From positions 1 to 42,620 of IMG/VR virus record IMGVR_UViG_3300028920_000133: 42,620 bases of DNA, one strand, 5' to 3'. This document shows positions 10,662-20,383 of the stretch, in pieces; the stretch's first letter is position 1; every line of letters starts with the position of its first letter. The DNA is from a virus. Lineage: Duplodnaviria > Caudoviricetes. Both the position numbers and the translations under genes were made by a program. The notes under the pieces were generated by a model that was not told the DNA's origin, made no database searches, and was given only the letters and a program-made list of their open reading frames with translations.

Positions 10662-10691
10662 AAGATGGGGCTTCGGCCCCGTCTTTTTTTT
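10662..10691 (+). terminator. Rho-independent terminator ending the late/lysis operon
   Basis: AAGATGGGGC-TTCG-GCCCCGTCTT followed by a T-run. Confidence 0.9.
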
Positions 10692-10693
10692 GC

Positions 10694-10722
10694 TTGACAA
10701 ACAGGACGATCTGTGGTAGGCT
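10694..10722 (+). promoter_or_regulatory. sigma70-type promoter
   Basis: TTGACA-17 bp-TAGGCT with extended -10 TG. Confidence 0.7.
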
Positions 10723-10750
10723 GTGTGTCGAATTGGAAAACGGAGGTCAG

Positions 10751-11008
10751 ATGGTCAAGAGAAAATCGATTGTCAAACCCGGCGACCCTAACAGTGAGAT
10801 GTCTAGGTTTGTGGCCCAGGCCATCTCAGACTACCTTACCAGATCCAGGCGCGACAACAGGATGGTGATCAGTGTCAACGACGAGGAGCTTGCCATGATC
10901 ACTGAGGTAGCCAAACACCAGAACATGCCCAAGGCTACTGTACTTCGCGCATGCGCGATGCTTGGTGTGGCTCAGTTCCTTGAAGCAGTGGCGAAGCCAA
11001 AGAAATGA
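10751..11008 (+). CDS. Small DNA-binding protein (ribbon-helix-helix-like)
   Basis: GGAGG RBS; RMVISVNDEELAMI...KATVLR resembles the RHH pattern. Confidence 0.5.
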   Translation: MVKRKSIVKPGDPNSEMSRFVAQAISDYLTRSRRDNRMVISVNDEELAMITEVAKHQNMPKATVLRACAMLGVAQFLEAVAKPKK

Positions 11009-11442
11009 TAGACGAAATCTCACTCCGAAACCAGTACAGGCTGGAACTCTTTTGCGCCATTAGGGATTCGCTGTACATTCCCAGGCGTAGCCCACACGCA
11101 AGGAAGACGCCAACCAGCGACCGCATCTTTGAGAACAACTTCAACAGATACAAAGCAATCAGGGAGGAAGCAAGGGACTGGATCAGAGAGGGATCATGTG
11201 ACGCAACGGGCAAGACCCACGGGTTTGGTGTTGTATGGGCAACACTGATGATGCTCGGCTCAATCGACTGGAGCCTTGATGAGTTCGTTGAGAAGATGGA
11301 GGTTCTTTGGGAGAGAGTGGATGAAGACCCGGAGATAGGAGAATCGATACTCAGGCTGATGGGTGGCATCCTTGCCCAGGAGGATGGAAGGAGAGCCATC
11401 CGAGACCCACAGTCAGACTTCGACGAATGGCTTGGAAGATGA
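11005..11442 (+). CDS. Hypothetical protein
   Basis: ATGA overlap with the upstream gene; 145 aa. Confidence 0.65.
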   Translation: MIDEISLRNQYRLELFCAIRDSLYIPRRSPHARKTPTSDRIFENNFNRYKAIREEARDWIREGSCDATGKTHGFGVVWATLMMLGSIDWSLDEFVEKMEVLWERVDEDPEIGESILRLMGGILAQEDGRRAIRDPQSDFDEWLGR

Positions 11443-12134
11443 ACTTCTTTGAAAAGATTGCGGCAGTAGCTGGTATCCTCAGGATGAGCGGCAAGAAGAT
11501 TGTCGCCGTGAAGATATATGTTATGGAGAAGGATGCGGAAAAGGTTTTCCAGGAGTACAGAGAGATGGTTCCGGTGGCGAACCGAGCTATGCCGGACTCC
11601 ATTAACACCTCCAACAACTTCACCATTACCGCCTCCAACAACTTCAACGGCATATATCAAACGTACAGTAACATTTTAAACAGCCAAATGTACAGCATGC
11701 AACATGGATTTCCTGGGCAACTAAACCCAGACTATGAGCCGGATGCGTCACACCATGTCATCATTAGCACAGACTCAGACGAGACCCCGGCAGAGATTTC
11801 CGAGACGGCGACACGTACCGCGAAGTATAAGAACGCGCTCGCCAGCCGCGAACTACAGGCAGCAAACGAAAGAGCCATGGCCGCTTATGAATCCATGCAG
11901 CAGCAGTTTGCTAGAAACATGACAGACAAGGAACGGCTCAATCAGCAGCAGTGGCACCCGCCCGAGGTCACACAGCTCCAGCGAAATCAAACGTTCGGAA
12001 GTTATACTGGAAGTTATACGCAGCCTAGCTCGGCAGGGATGACAAAAGCGTATCCGGCCCAGGCAACCCAAAAAACATTTGGAATATCTGATGGTCTACG
12101 AAAAGCAATGAAAGCGATGAGGGGGAAGAAGTGA
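11439..12134 (+). CDS. Hypothetical protein
   Basis: ATGA-coupled ORF of about 231 aa. Confidence 0.65.
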   Translation: MNFFEKIAAVAGILRMSGKKIVAVKIYVMEKDAEKVFQEYREMVPVANRAMPDSINTSNNFTITASNNFNGIYQTYSNILNSQMYSMQHGFPGQLNPDYEPDASHHVIISTDSDETPAEISETATRTAKYKNALASRELQAANERAMAAYESMQQQFARNMTDKERLNQQQWHPPEVTQLQRNQTFGSYTGSYTQPSSAGMTKAYPAQATQKTFGISDGLRKAMKAMRGKK

Positions 12135-12316
12135 AGAAGATCAACATTCGCAGGTACAATCCCAATAAGGAACAGGCCAACTCCATGCATTTGGCGAACC
12201 ATGGTGGCTGGGTTCCGTACACGGACTACTGTAGAAAGGTTTCCCGCCTAGAAGCAAAGATCTCCCGCTTGCAGGAAACTATTATCAGGTCCAAGATGGG
12301 TGAGGTTGGGATGTAG
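12131..12316 (+). CDS. Hypothetical protein
   Basis: GTGA-coupled 61-aa ORF with a G.WV.Y.DY motif common in small phage proteins. Confidence 0.55.
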   Translation: MKKINIRRYNPNKEQANSMHLANHGGWVPYTDYCRKVSRLEAKISRLQETIIRSKMGEVGM

Positions 12317-12336
12317 TCCCTTCTCCAGCCGCACCA

Positions 12337-12366
12337 GCCGGGGAGCACCAGCTCCCCGGCATTTTT
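12337..12366 (+). terminator. Rho-independent terminator
   Basis: GCCGGGGAGC-ACCA-GCTCCCCGGC-ATTTTT. Confidence 0.8.
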
Positions 12367-12371
12367 AACTA

Positions 12372-12401
12372 TAGACAATGTACGCCCCGCAGTGATAGTA
12401 T
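12372..12401 (+). promoter_or_regulatory. sigma70-type promoter for the recombination genes
   Basis: TAGACA-18 bp-TAGTAT with extended TG, directly after a terminator. Confidence 0.5.
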
Positions 12402-12437
12402 TTAGGTAACATCGATTAACTCTGTAAGGGGGGCTGT

Positions 12438-12767
12438 GTGAGACTTGAACCAAAGAAGTCGCTTGAAAATTCAGTTGCAACCAGAATCAGGCAGACATAC
12501 AGAGACCCCGCGGAGTGGGTTGTCTACCTCAGAAACGGTGAGGTCTGCCACATCGTAGCTGACAAGTCTAACCTGCGAGTGGCGCGTGGCAAGGAACTCA
12601 ACGAATCACTCAGGAAACAAATGAAGGGAGACGTTGAATTCATTAAGCACAAGCACGTCAACCGAAAGGTGGACACCGAAACAATGGTTAGGGAAACAGG
12701 GCTGAACCTTGGCGAAGGCGTCGAAGTTAATAGCTCAGTACCGGGAGATGTAGATGTCGTCGTCTGA
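12438..12767 (+). CDS. Hypothetical protein
   Basis: GTG start after AAGGGGG; 109 aa. Confidence 0.6.
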   Translation: MRLEPKKSLENSVATRIRQTYRDPAEWVVYLRNGEVCHIVADKSNLRVARGKELNESLRKQMKGDVEFIKHKHVNRKVDTETMVRETGLNLGEGVEVNSSVPGDVDVVV

Positions 12768-13608
12768 CGTATCAATGTTCGCGGAAGACCACGAAAAACT
12801 TCTCGGCTACCACAAGGATATGCCGAACGATGAGTACCACTCAGGCCCAGGTCTATCCAAGAGTGGGCTTGACCTCATCGACAAATCAATTCGCCACTTT
12901 ATCATGCGTGATGAGGTTAGAAGAGAGACCGACGCAATGGTGCTCGGCACCGCAGTTCACAGCGCAATTCTGGAACCACACACATGGCCCGGCCAGTACA
13001 TTAGGGGACCAGAGGACTGCGACATGCGGACCAAGGAGTGGAAGGCAGCGCTCCAGACCGCAGTGTCGAACAGTCAGACAATCATGAAACCGGAGAACTA
13101 TGACAAGGTTGAGAACATCGCAACCTCTGCCCTGTCGATAGAAGATCCGTTGATTGATGACATCAAGAACCTCAACGGAATGGCAGAGTCTTCAATCTTT
13201 ATGAGGGATGGAGAGACAGGACTGCTCGTCAAGTGCAGGCCGGACTTCCTCATCCCTGAGAGGAGAACGATCCTTGACGTGAAGACGACCAAGGATGCTT
13301 CGCCGGATGGGTTCGCAAGATCATGCGGCATGTTCAGGTACGATGTACAGGATGCGATGTACACGGACATTGTTGAGAAAATGTTTGGTGGTCAGTGGGA
13401 CTTTGTATTCCTTGCGGTGGAGAATGTGCCGCCGTACAACGCTGGCATCTACAGGTTGTCCAAGAAGGACAAGGAGAATGGGAGGATCTTGTACCGGAGA
13501 AACATGGCTAAGGCCGCGGAATACTTTGGCGGGTACTCAAAGGTGACGGCATATTCCGACAAGCTTGAAACAATTCAAATCCCATACTACTTCAGGAGGA
13601 ATCTGTGA
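12754..13608 (+). CDS. RecE/exonuclease VIII-like PD-(D/E)XK exonuclease (DUF3799-like)
   Basis: YH...GLSKS.L, GTAVH.AILEP, KCRPD, DVKTT and Y.VQ.A.Y motifs. Confidence 0.88.
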   Translation: MSSSDVSMFAEDHEKLLGYHKDMPNDEYHSGPGLSKSGLDLIDKSIRHFIMRDEVRRETDAMVLGTAVHSAILEPHTWPGQYIRGPEDCDMRTKEWKAALQTAVSNSQTIMKPENYDKVENIATSALSIEDPLIDDIKNLNGMAESSIFMRDGETGLLVKCRPDFLIPERRTILDVKTTKDASPDGFARSCGMFRYDVQDAMYTDIVEKMFGGQWDFVFLAVENVPPYNAGIYRLSKKDKENGRILYRRNMAKAAEYFGGYSKVTAYSDKLETIQIPYYFRRNL

Positions 13609-14300
13609 TTTCAGAAGACGATCCGGTCGGTGTCGAAACAACGTATCTCTGGGAGACAGTGTGCGACTCTGACCCAGGCACACTGAAGCACGTTACGCAG
13701 CGTGGTGGATTCACGGCCATCGCTGCGCAGGCACAGATCAAGAGAGCCACGGAGCTGTGGGGTCCATACGGATACAAGTGGGGGCTGAGGGACTGTAAGT
13801 TCAGCGGTCTTCCTGGGCAGGACGGTGCCGGGCTAGCGTGCCTTACGCTTGACGCAACGTTCTTCTACCCGTGCAGCCTTGACGGAGTGGTGCGTGAAGC
13901 GGTGTTTGAAATTTCCAGCGACATCGCGTATGACCCAAGGGGAGAATGTCGAAAGAAGCTCATGACAGACGTGACGACAAAGGCTCTGTCAAAGCTCGGA
14001 TTCAACGCTGACGTGTTCCTTGACCAGATGAAGTGGGACGGGAACAAGTACATCAACAAGGTGAAGAAGGAGCAGGAGCAATCCGGCAAGCTCGCCGCAG
14101 TAGTTGATCTCCAGAAAATCAAGGACGACAAAACAAAAAACTTTGTCAGGGCATGCGTGGGAACTGGTGCATCTGCTGACCAGATCTCCAAGCTTCTTGG
14201 CGTTGAGGGATACGAATCTCTCAATGAAATCACGGTGAAGGAGAAGCGTGTTGCGTTCGTAAAAGCTTTGCGTGAGATGGTTGACAACAACCCTGCATAG
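13605..14300 (+). CDS. ssDNA-annealing recombinase (Rad52/Sak-like)
   Basis: FTAI...QI..ATE.WGP.G..WG and KK..TD..TKALS.LGFNADVF; lies between the exonuclease and SSB. Confidence 0.65.
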   Translation: MISEDDPVGVETTYLWETVCDSDPGTLKHVTQRGGFTAIAAQAQIKRATELWGPYGYKWGLRDCKFSGLPGQDGAGLACLTLDATFFYPCSLDGVVREAVFEISSDIAYDPRGECRKKLMTDVTTKALSKLGFNADVFLDQMKWDGNKYINKVKKEQEQSGKLAAVVDLQKIKDDKTKNFVRACVGTGASADQISKLLGVEGYESLNEITVKEKRVAFVKALREMVDNNPA

Positions 14301-14309
14301 TGGTAGGAT
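14281..14309 (+). promoter_or_regulatory. sigma70-type promoter for ssb/replication genes
   Basis: TTGACA-17 bp-TAGGAT with extended TG. Confidence 0.65.
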
Positions 14310-14354
14310 GAATGTCCTGTCAGATTATTAACCCTTTACACAAATGGAGAGAAC

Positions 14355-14720
14355 ATGGGAGTCAACAGAGTAACGCTTCTTGGTAACGTTGGACGTGAGC
14401 CTGAGCTGCGGCAGGTTGGTGAAAATACGGTAGCCAACTTTTCACTGGCAACAACTGACCGCAGGTTCAAGGACAAGGACGGGAAGCCGCGCACAGAGTG
14501 GCACAACGTCTCAGCATGGGGCAAGCTAGCCGAGATCATTGGTCAGTATGTCAACAAGGGAACCACGCTCTACCTTGAGGGTAGAATCCAAACCCGCAGC
14601 TACGACAAGGAAGGCGTCAAGGTCTACCGCACTGAGGTCATCGCAGACCAGATGGAGATGTTGTCGAAGAGCGAAGCCGCTCCGGCACCAAGCAACACCA
14701 TCTCCGAAGACGACTTCTGA
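14355..14720 (+). CDS. ssb: Single-stranded DNA-binding protein
   Basis: VNRVTLLGNVGREPELR, TEWH.V..WGKLAE, EGRIQTRSY and an acidic C-terminal tail ending in F. Confidence 0.96.
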   Translation: MGVNRVTLLGNVGREPELRQVGENTVANFSLATTDRRFKDKDGKPRTEWHNVSAWGKLAEIIGQYVNKGTTLYLEGRIQTRSYDKEGVKVYRTEVIADQMEMLSKSEAAPAPSNTISEDDF

Positions 14721-14980
14721 TGAAGTACGAAATCCAAACACTCAACGGGGACAAGGATTATCCCATCAACGTCAACCTCACAATCGAAACGCCGGAAGAG
14801 CTTGGCGATTTGGTTGGCCGCGCTGGCTTGATGATTGGTAGGAATCTTGAAATCAAGAACCTACTCAGAAACGCTCAACCGTTTGATGATCTTCCGGCCC
14901 CGGCTGATCTGCCAATGGAGAATTTCTATGTTGAGCTAGAAGAGTTTGTCGCGGAATTTCTCTACGACGAGGAGGGGTAA
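14720..14980 (+). CDS. Hypothetical protein
   Basis: Coupled 86-aa acidic ORF. Confidence 0.6.
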   Translation: MKYEIQTLNGDKDYPINVNLTIETPEELGDLVGRAGLMIGRNLEIKNLLRNAQPFDDLPAPADLPMENFYVELEEFVAEFLYDEEG

Positions 14981-15433
14981 ATGGGCTGGGGGAAAACGCC
15001 ATCTGGGATGCCTATGCCCACCTGGGTTGAGGCTGTGGACGAAGAGTTCGAACAACTGAATGAAGCGGTAGAAGCACTGCATGATGACTCCATTGCCAGG
15101 AAGGCAACATGTGAGCACCTCATGTATGGAATAAAGGGCCAACGTGAACGGGTCGATGAACTGTATGGCATCGTCAAGAGGCAGGCGAAAGCGCTTCAAG
15201 ATCAGCAAAAACAGATTGACGTGCTGAGGGACCTGGTGGAGTCGATGTATAATCTGTTTGACCACCTGTCTGACACGACATTCGACAACACACACTGGTC
15301 GATTGACGGTGAGTTCTTCACGCTCAGTGAAATCGCCTGCGCTCTCTTTGAAAAGCTTGGACTGGGCATCAAAGCAGAGCCTCCGAAGGAGTCCACGTTC
15401 GAAATCATTGACGCACCCAAGGAAGAAGAGTAG
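14981..15433 (+). CDS. Hypothetical coiled-coil protein
   Basis: GAGGAGG RBS; 150 aa. Confidence 0.6.
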   Translation: MGWGKTPSGMPMPTWVEAVDEEFEQLNEAVEALHDDSIARKATCEHLMYGIKGQRERVDELYGIVKRQAKALQDQQKQIDVLRDLVESMYNLFDHLSDTTFDNTHWSIDGEFFTLSEIACALFEKLGLGIKAEPPKESTFEIIDAPKEEE

Positions 15434-15437
15434 CACC

Positions 15438-15665
15438 ATGCCGCTCTTTGAGTATCGCTGCACCTCCCTCTCCTGCCAGCTACTAAGCCAAGAGCTAGTG
15501 CTGGCGGGGGAGGCCCCGGAGGAAATCAAGTGCGCCCACTGTGGGGCACCAGCAAAGAAAACAATTAGCTCAGTCGTTCACAGGTTCTACGGGCCTGGAT
15601 TCTACAAACCAAACGTGCGCAAACGTGGCGAGGGGATTGGAACCAAGAGAGCAACAGAGGAGTAG
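15438..15665 (+). CDS. FmdB-family zinc-ribbon protein
   Basis: MPLFEYRC....C ... C..CG ... F.GPGFY. Confidence 0.8.
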   Translation: MPLFEYRCTSLSCQLLSQELVLAGEAPEEIKCAHCGAPAKKTISSVVHRFYGPGFYKPNVRKRGEGIGTKRATEE

Positions 15666-15673
15666 GGAGCTGA

Positions 15674-16387
15674 ATGAAATATCTCTCAGTAAAAAATTGG
15701 GATAAGCATCAATCGGTAGTTCCTGAATCAAGAAGAAAAGAATACATTGCACTTCACACAGCGCTGATCGACGACCCTGAGTTTTGGGATCTACCGCCAG
15801 ATCAACAGATCCTCGCAGTCAAGCTGTGGATTCTGCGTGGCAGAATAGGGCAGAACATACCCGCTGACCTGAGCTACCTGACAGACAGGATCGGCAGGTT
15901 CGCTGGTGACGACCTTGACTGGCTGATAGAAGACGGCTGGTTCTCCTACACTGACGAGAAGAAGCCAAAGAAGAGGGGAACCAAGAGCTACAAAAAGCGG
16001 CAGGGCTATACGGAAGACTTCGAAGAGTGGTACAAGCTGTACCCGCGCAAGAAGGTGAAGTCGGATGCCTTCCACGCATGGAACCAGACTGAGAAGGTCA
16101 GGCCCAACCAGGAAGAAATGATTCGCAAGACAAAGCTCTACGCCGAGAGTGTGAAGGACACCGAAGAGAAGTACATCAAGCTCCCCGCTGGCTGGCTTAG
16201 GGATAGAAGATGGGAAGACGACCTGAAGTCTACCAAGAAACCACACAGCAGAGAGAGAGCGCTCAACAGGATGCTTGACGCCGAGCAAGTTGAACACTTC
16301 GCTCACCCGAAATGGAAGACGTATGTTTCAGGCGTCATCGCTGGCGAGATCAAGCCTGGGTTCAAGGAGTTCCTGAGTGATTCATAG
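15674..16387 (+). CDS. Phage replication initiator-like protein
   Basis: VKNWDKHQ N-terminus; FEEWYKLYPRK..K..AF.AW and YIKLPAGWL...RWED; directly upstream of DnaB. Confidence 0.75.
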   Translation: MKYLSVKNWDKHQSVVPESRRKEYIALHTALIDDPEFWDLPPDQQILAVKLWILRGRIGQNIPADLSYLTDRIGRFAGDDLDWLIEDGWFSYTDEKKPKKRGTKSYKKRQGYTEDFEEWYKLYPRKKVKSDAFHAWNQTEKVRPNQEEMIRKTKLYAESVKDTEEKYIKLPAGWLRDRRWEDDLKSTKKPHSRERALNRMLDAEQVEHFAHPKWKTYVSGVIAGEIKPGFKEFLSDS

Positions 16388-17690
16388 CAGCAACCAGGAT
16401 GCGGAAGCGGCGGTGATCTCCGCAGTGCTGCTAGACCCGGCGATCCTGCCAGAGGTGGCTGATCTTCTGACGGCGGAAGACTTCTACTCTGACCAGCACA
16501 AAACTGTTTGGGAATGTATCATGGAGCTGGAGGCATCAGGCATCCACGCCGACATGGTCACAGTCACAGACAGGTTGCGAAGCACTGGCAGGCTAAGCCG
16601 GGTGGGTGGTGCTGCTGCCCTGTCGCAGATGACAGATGTCCTACCGTCGTTCAGTCAGGCAAGAGACTACGCTGGCATCGTCCGTGATGACTCAACCAGC
16701 CGCAAGATCGGTGCGATCATCATCAGGAGTAAGTCAATGGCTGAGTCCGGGGCCTCATCGTCTGAGGTCCTGGACTTCATCCAGACTGGCCTGGATGAAC
16801 TGTCATCTACCGAAGCGTCAACCGTAGGTAAATTGCACGACATCGCCTCTGAGATCGCCGCTAGATCCAAAGACATGGTTGGGGGTAGGGTCGGAGTTGA
16901 GGGCGTTTCTACGGGCCTCCAGGGGCTTGACAGGTACATCACAACCCTGCACCCAGGAGAGCTGTACATCCTCGCAGCCCGGCCATCGGTTGGGAAGACA
17001 TCGCTGGCGATCACAATCACGGCGAACGTGGCACGTGACGGTGGACGTGTGCTGTTCCTGTCGCTGGAGATGACCAAGCGGGAGCTTGGGGAAAAGCTTA
17101 TTGCCATCGAAGCAGACGTAGACACAAGGTCATTCAGAACCGGCAAGTTCAACATGGACGGAACACCGAATGACCTGGAGCGTACTGAGGATGCGGCAAA
17201 AGTTTTTGTGGATTGGGACGTAACCATCGACGACCGCGCAGGTCTGTCAGCGCAGCAGGCGAGAGCGACGGCACGCAAGGTGCAGGCTGGTGGCAAGCTG
17301 GACCTCGTCGTCATCGACTACCTACAGTTGATGAGCGGGCCAGGAAAGACAAAGAACGAATCCGTCGAAGCGATTAGCAAGGCGATGAAGAATCTCGCCA
17401 AGGATCTCAAAGTCCCGGTAATTGTTTTGAGTCAGCTCTCAAGAACGTGCGTCATTGAGGGACGGGAGATGAGACCAAGGCTGTCGGATCTCCGTGACTC
17501 TGGATCAATTGAGCAGGACGCAGACAAGGTGATCTTCCTTGTCAGAGACAAAGAGAACAAGCCAAGGATAGCTCAGGCGCAGATCGCCAAGAACAGACAG
17601 GGTCCGATTGGTGATCTGCCACTTAACTTCAACCCGGCAGTGTCCCTGTTCACTGATGGATCATGGGAAGATTGGGTGAAAGATGACTGA
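16377..17690 (+). CDS. dnaB: Replicative DNA helicase DnaB
   Basis: AARPSVGKT Walker A, FLSLEM, IDYLQL, LSQLSR, RP.LSDLRDSGSIEQDAD and AKNRQG. Confidence 0.97.
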   Translation: MIHSSNQDAEAAVISAVLLDPAILPEVADLLTAEDFYSDQHKTVWECIMELEASGIHADMVTVTDRLRSTGRLSRVGGAAALSQMTDVLPSFSQARDYAGIVRDDSTSRKIGAIIIRSKSMAESGASSSEVLDFIQTGLDELSSTEASTVGKLHDIASEIAARSKDMVGGRVGVEGVSTGLQGLDRYITTLHPGELYILAARPSVGKTSLAITITANVARDGGRVLFLSLEMTKRELGEKLIAIEADVDTRSFRTGKFNMDGTPNDLERTEDAAKVFVDWDVTIDDRAGLSAQQARATARKVQAGGKLDLVVIDYLQLMSGPGKTKNESVEAISKAMKNLAKDLKVPVIVLSQLSRTCVIEGREMRPRLSDLRDSGSIEQDADKVIFLVRDKENKPRIAQAQIAKNRQGPIGDLPLNFNPAVSLFTDGSWEDWVKDD

Positions 17691-17856
17691 GGAATACCTT
17701 ATCGTTATGCTGCTTACGTGGGCGTCTGGCATCAGGTGTGGCTGGACAATGGACGCGGACCCAACGGCGGCGTCAATCTGGACAATCCCGTTGGCGCTCG
17801 GATGCTCTGCAATGGCGGCAATGCAAACCGCGAAAATGTTTCTGGAGATTGTATGA
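17683..17856 (+). CDS. Small hydrophobic hypothetical protein (57 aa)
   Basis: Read manually (MTEEYLIVMLLTW...). Fills the gap between dnaB and the MazG-like gene with overlapping start/stop codons. Confidence 0.5.
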   Translation: MTEEYLIVMLLTWASGIRCGWTMDADPTAASIWTIPLALGCSAMAAMQTAKMFLEIV

Positions 17857-18170
17857 CTAGCATTAGTGAGTATCAGGCGTTGTGTGCAGCGTGGAGAAGG
17901 AAAAACTTTCCTGACACCACGGCAACGGAGCAGTACATGGGGATGGTTGAGGAGCTTGGGGAACTCAGCCATGAGCTACTGAAGGACAAGCAGGGGATCA
18001 GGAGTGCCAGCGAAGCAAAGGCAAAGGACGCAGTCGGTGACCTGATGATCTTCACCTTGAACTTCTGTTCAATGCAGGGCTGGGACCTGGAAGAGATCAT
18101 GGATGAGACCTGGGCAGAGGTGTCCCAGCGCAACTGGATAGACTACAAGGAGGACGGTGTTGGGAAGTAA
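17853..18170 (+). CDS. MazG-like NTP pyrophosphohydrolase
   Basis: EELGEL...DAVGD motif; GGAG RBS before the ATG at 17853. Confidence 0.8.
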   Translation: MTSISEYQALCAAWRRKNFPDTTATEQYMGMVEELGELSHELLKDKQGIRSASEAKAKDAVGDLMIFTLNFCSMQGWDLEEIMDETWAEVSQRNWIDYKEDGVGK

Positions 18171-18480
18171 AAGGGGAAAAGATTTGTGCGACTATGTCAA
18201 GCTTCAAACTTCCGGCGAGGAGATCACCAAGCTCGTCGTAGAGAAGAACCGCGCCTACGGTGATGCGGTGACAAAGGTCAACGCCATCCTCGCAGAGCTT
18301 TACCCCGACGGTGTTGAGCCTGATAGGTTCTCGGACATGCTGCTCCTAGTCAGGGTGCTTGACAAGCTGTGCAGGATTGCTGCCGGTGACCCGGACGCAT
18401 TTGGGGAATCACCGTGGCGTGACATTGCCGGGTATGGAATCATCGGCATGGCGAAGGATGGAGACAAAGAGGATGGTTGA
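18157..18480 (+). CDS. Nucleotide-modification-associated domain 1 (DUF1599-like) protein
   Basis: KNRAYGD...R..DKL.RI...ESPWRDIAGY. Confidence 0.65.
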   Translation: MLGSKRGKDLCDYVKLQTSGEEITKLVVEKNRAYGDAVTKVNAILAELYPDGVEPDRFSDMLLLVRVLDKLCRIAAGDPDAFGESPWRDIAGYGIIGMAKDGDKEDG

Positions 18481-18766
18481 AGATCTGAGACACTACATTG
18501 ACAGTCATCCGGGTGACACGGCGTCGCTCATCGTCAAGTATATCGACGAGGTCATTATACCAGTTCTTGCTACCAGAGACGATGATGAAACAAGGGAGTC
18601 TCTGGTCCAGCAACTACTGGAAAAAGACAAGATCATCGAAGAGCTGGAGAGCATCATCGAAAAGAACCACAGGACAATCGACACGCTGCAAGAGGAGAAC
18701 CGTGATCTGAGATCCGGCACGGTTATCACAAAGCACATCTCAGACCCACGCCAGTATGGAGATTAG
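18473..18766 (+). CDS. Hypothetical coiled-coil protein
   Basis: Overlapping start; heptad-rich C-terminal half. Confidence 0.6.
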   Translation: MVEDLRHYIDSHPGDTASLIVKYIDEVIIPVLATRDDDETRESLVQQLLEKDKIIEELESIIEKNHRTIDTLQEENRDLRSGTVITKHISDPRQYGD

Positions 18767-18968
18767 CAAAAAAGAATTCAACATAGTTAGGTTGAGGGTA
18801 ACCGATTCCCTCGGCAACACAAAAGAATTTGAAACATTCATCCCGGCAGTCAAGACAGATGGACAGGTCACATCAATAGAAGTGACCGGCGTCAGCAGAG
18901 ACATCAGGTTCTCTGGAGACTGGGCCTATGAGTCTGTGACCAGGGAGATGTGGGACGAGACAACATGA
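18756..18968 (+). CDS. Hypothetical protein
   Basis: 70-aa ORF in a tightly packed operon. Confidence 0.55.
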   Translation: MEISKKEFNIVRLRVTDSLGNTKEFETFIPAVKTDGQVTSIEVTGVSRDIRFSGDWAYESVTREMWDETT

Positions 18969-19180
18969 AGTTCATGCTGAGAGTTGAGCACAACGAAGAG
19001 CAAGACGAGACACAACTCAACTTCCAGTTCATTGTAAATGAGAGCGAAATGATGAGCGTGTCAAAGGACCTCATGAGGTACGTCACAGGCAACAGGGGAG
19101 ATCCAACGCACGCGAAAAAGATTTTGGAAAAGCTACTCCACAGGGCAGAGATGAAGAAGTTTTGGGACAAGGGATTCTAG
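18965..19180 (+). CDS. Hypothetical protein
   Basis: ATGA-coupled ORF. Confidence 0.55.
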   Translation: MKFMLRVEHNEEQDETQLNFQFIVNESEMMSVSKDLMRYVTGNRGDPTHAKKILEKLLHRAEMKKFWDKGF

Positions 19181-19189
19181 GAGACAAAC

Positions 19190-19498
19190 GTGGAAGCAAC
19201 CGTAAGGATACATGACCATCCAGACAGGTGCTCAAAGGTAGTAGACTTTCGCTTTGAGATTCCTGAAACGTACATCTCAGAACTCGGCGCGGTCGCAGGA
19301 GCATACCTTAGTGACAGGTCTCCGGTCGGTGCATTCATTGCCCTTGGAAAGGCGATGATGCTATGCACGGACGACGAGAACGTTGGTGCGCTGGAGGACC
19401 TGACCAGGGAGGTTGCGAAGGCTCACAAGAGACATGTGTCTTACATGCTTGCACGTGACGTGGAAAGGGCAATGCTAAATGGCAAAGGCGGGCGGTAA
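19190..19498 (+). CDS. Hypothetical protein
   Basis: AGGAG RBS and GTG start. Confidence 0.6.
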   Translation: MEATVRIHDHPDRCSKVVDFRFEIPETYISELGAVAGAYLSDRSPVGAFIALGKAMMLCTDDENVGALEDLTREVAKAHKRHVSYMLARDVERAMLNGKGGR

Positions 19499-19919
19499 GA
19501 AAAGCAGGAACAAGGGAGCAAGCGGCGAGAACGAAGCATGTAAGTTACTGAGGAAAGATTTCCCTAGTGTTTGCAGGGAGCTGGAGCAATACCAGAAGAC
19601 CCTTGGTCGTGACCTCTCAAACACTGAGCCGCTTTGCATCCAGGTAAAGCGTCACAAAACAATTTCAAAATCTGAAATCTGGAAAGCGTTTTACGAGGCT
19701 GAGTCATCAGTTGATTCTGAATACACTCAGCCCATCGTTATGTTCAGGGAGGACTATGGAACATGGCAGGTAGCCACGACGATGGAGGTAATGCTATCTC
19801 TGATGGAGATGGACGCGGTGGACCCGGACGTATCACTGATGCTTCAGATGGAAGCAGATCAGTTTCTGACTTGGCTCGCAAAAAGCAGAGAGTGGGAGCC
19901 AAGCGACCGGGTGAGATAA
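19479..19919 (+). CDS. Holliday junction resolvase-like PD-(D/E)XK nuclease
   Basis: SRNKGASGENE...GRDL...IQVKR...P.VMFR...W.V. Confidence 0.75.
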   Translation: MAKAGGKKSRNKGASGENEACKLLRKDFPSVCRELEQYQKTLGRDLSNTEPLCIQVKRHKTISKSEIWKAFYEAESSVDSEYTQPIVMFREDYGTWQVATTMEVMLSLMEMDAVDPDVSLMLQMEADQFLTWLAKSREWEPSDRVR

Positions 19920-20383
19920 GCCGCGAAGGACGTGCGCTCTGCTACTACCTTGAGGGCGGCGGCGAATCCACACCAATGGGCAAGGTTGGGATTGGCCGGG
20001 GAACCACTGACAAGACAGGGTACATGGACCTGAAGGCAGAAATTGGTGACTCACTCAGGCGCGTGACTGAGGAGGAGCGCAGGTTGACCGGTCGGAGTGT
20101 TCGGGTGAATACGCTGGTCAAGCGTTGGGCAAACTATCTGGCAATGGTCAGGGCAAGGAATGCCCTCAAGACCTACACAAGGCTATCAAAGAAAGCGCAG
20201 AACTCCCTCCCCTCACCCTGGGCCTACGAGAAGCTGAAGGATGCAGAGGAGGGAATTCTGACTGAGCAGAAAACTCTTGAAGAAACATCTGAAAGAAACG
20301 AAAAGATTCGCCGGAGCACACTGTACATCAAGCTGATGGATGTGTTCAGGCAGGAGTTGAACAAACGCAACGTTCGCATTTAG
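19892..20383 (+). CDS. Hypothetical protein, last gene of the + strand replication block (start uncertain: GTG 19892 or ATG 19975)
   Basis: Basic helical ORF; its stop overlaps the convergent gene's stop. Confidence 0.55.
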   Translation: MGAKRPGEISREGRALCYYLEGGGESTPMGKVGIGRGTTDKTGYMDLKAEIGDSLRRVTEEERRLTGRSVRVNTLVKRWANYLAMVRARNALKTYTRLSKKAQNSLPSPWAYEKLKDAEEGILTEQKTLEETSERNEKIRRSTLYIKLMDVFRQELNKRNVRI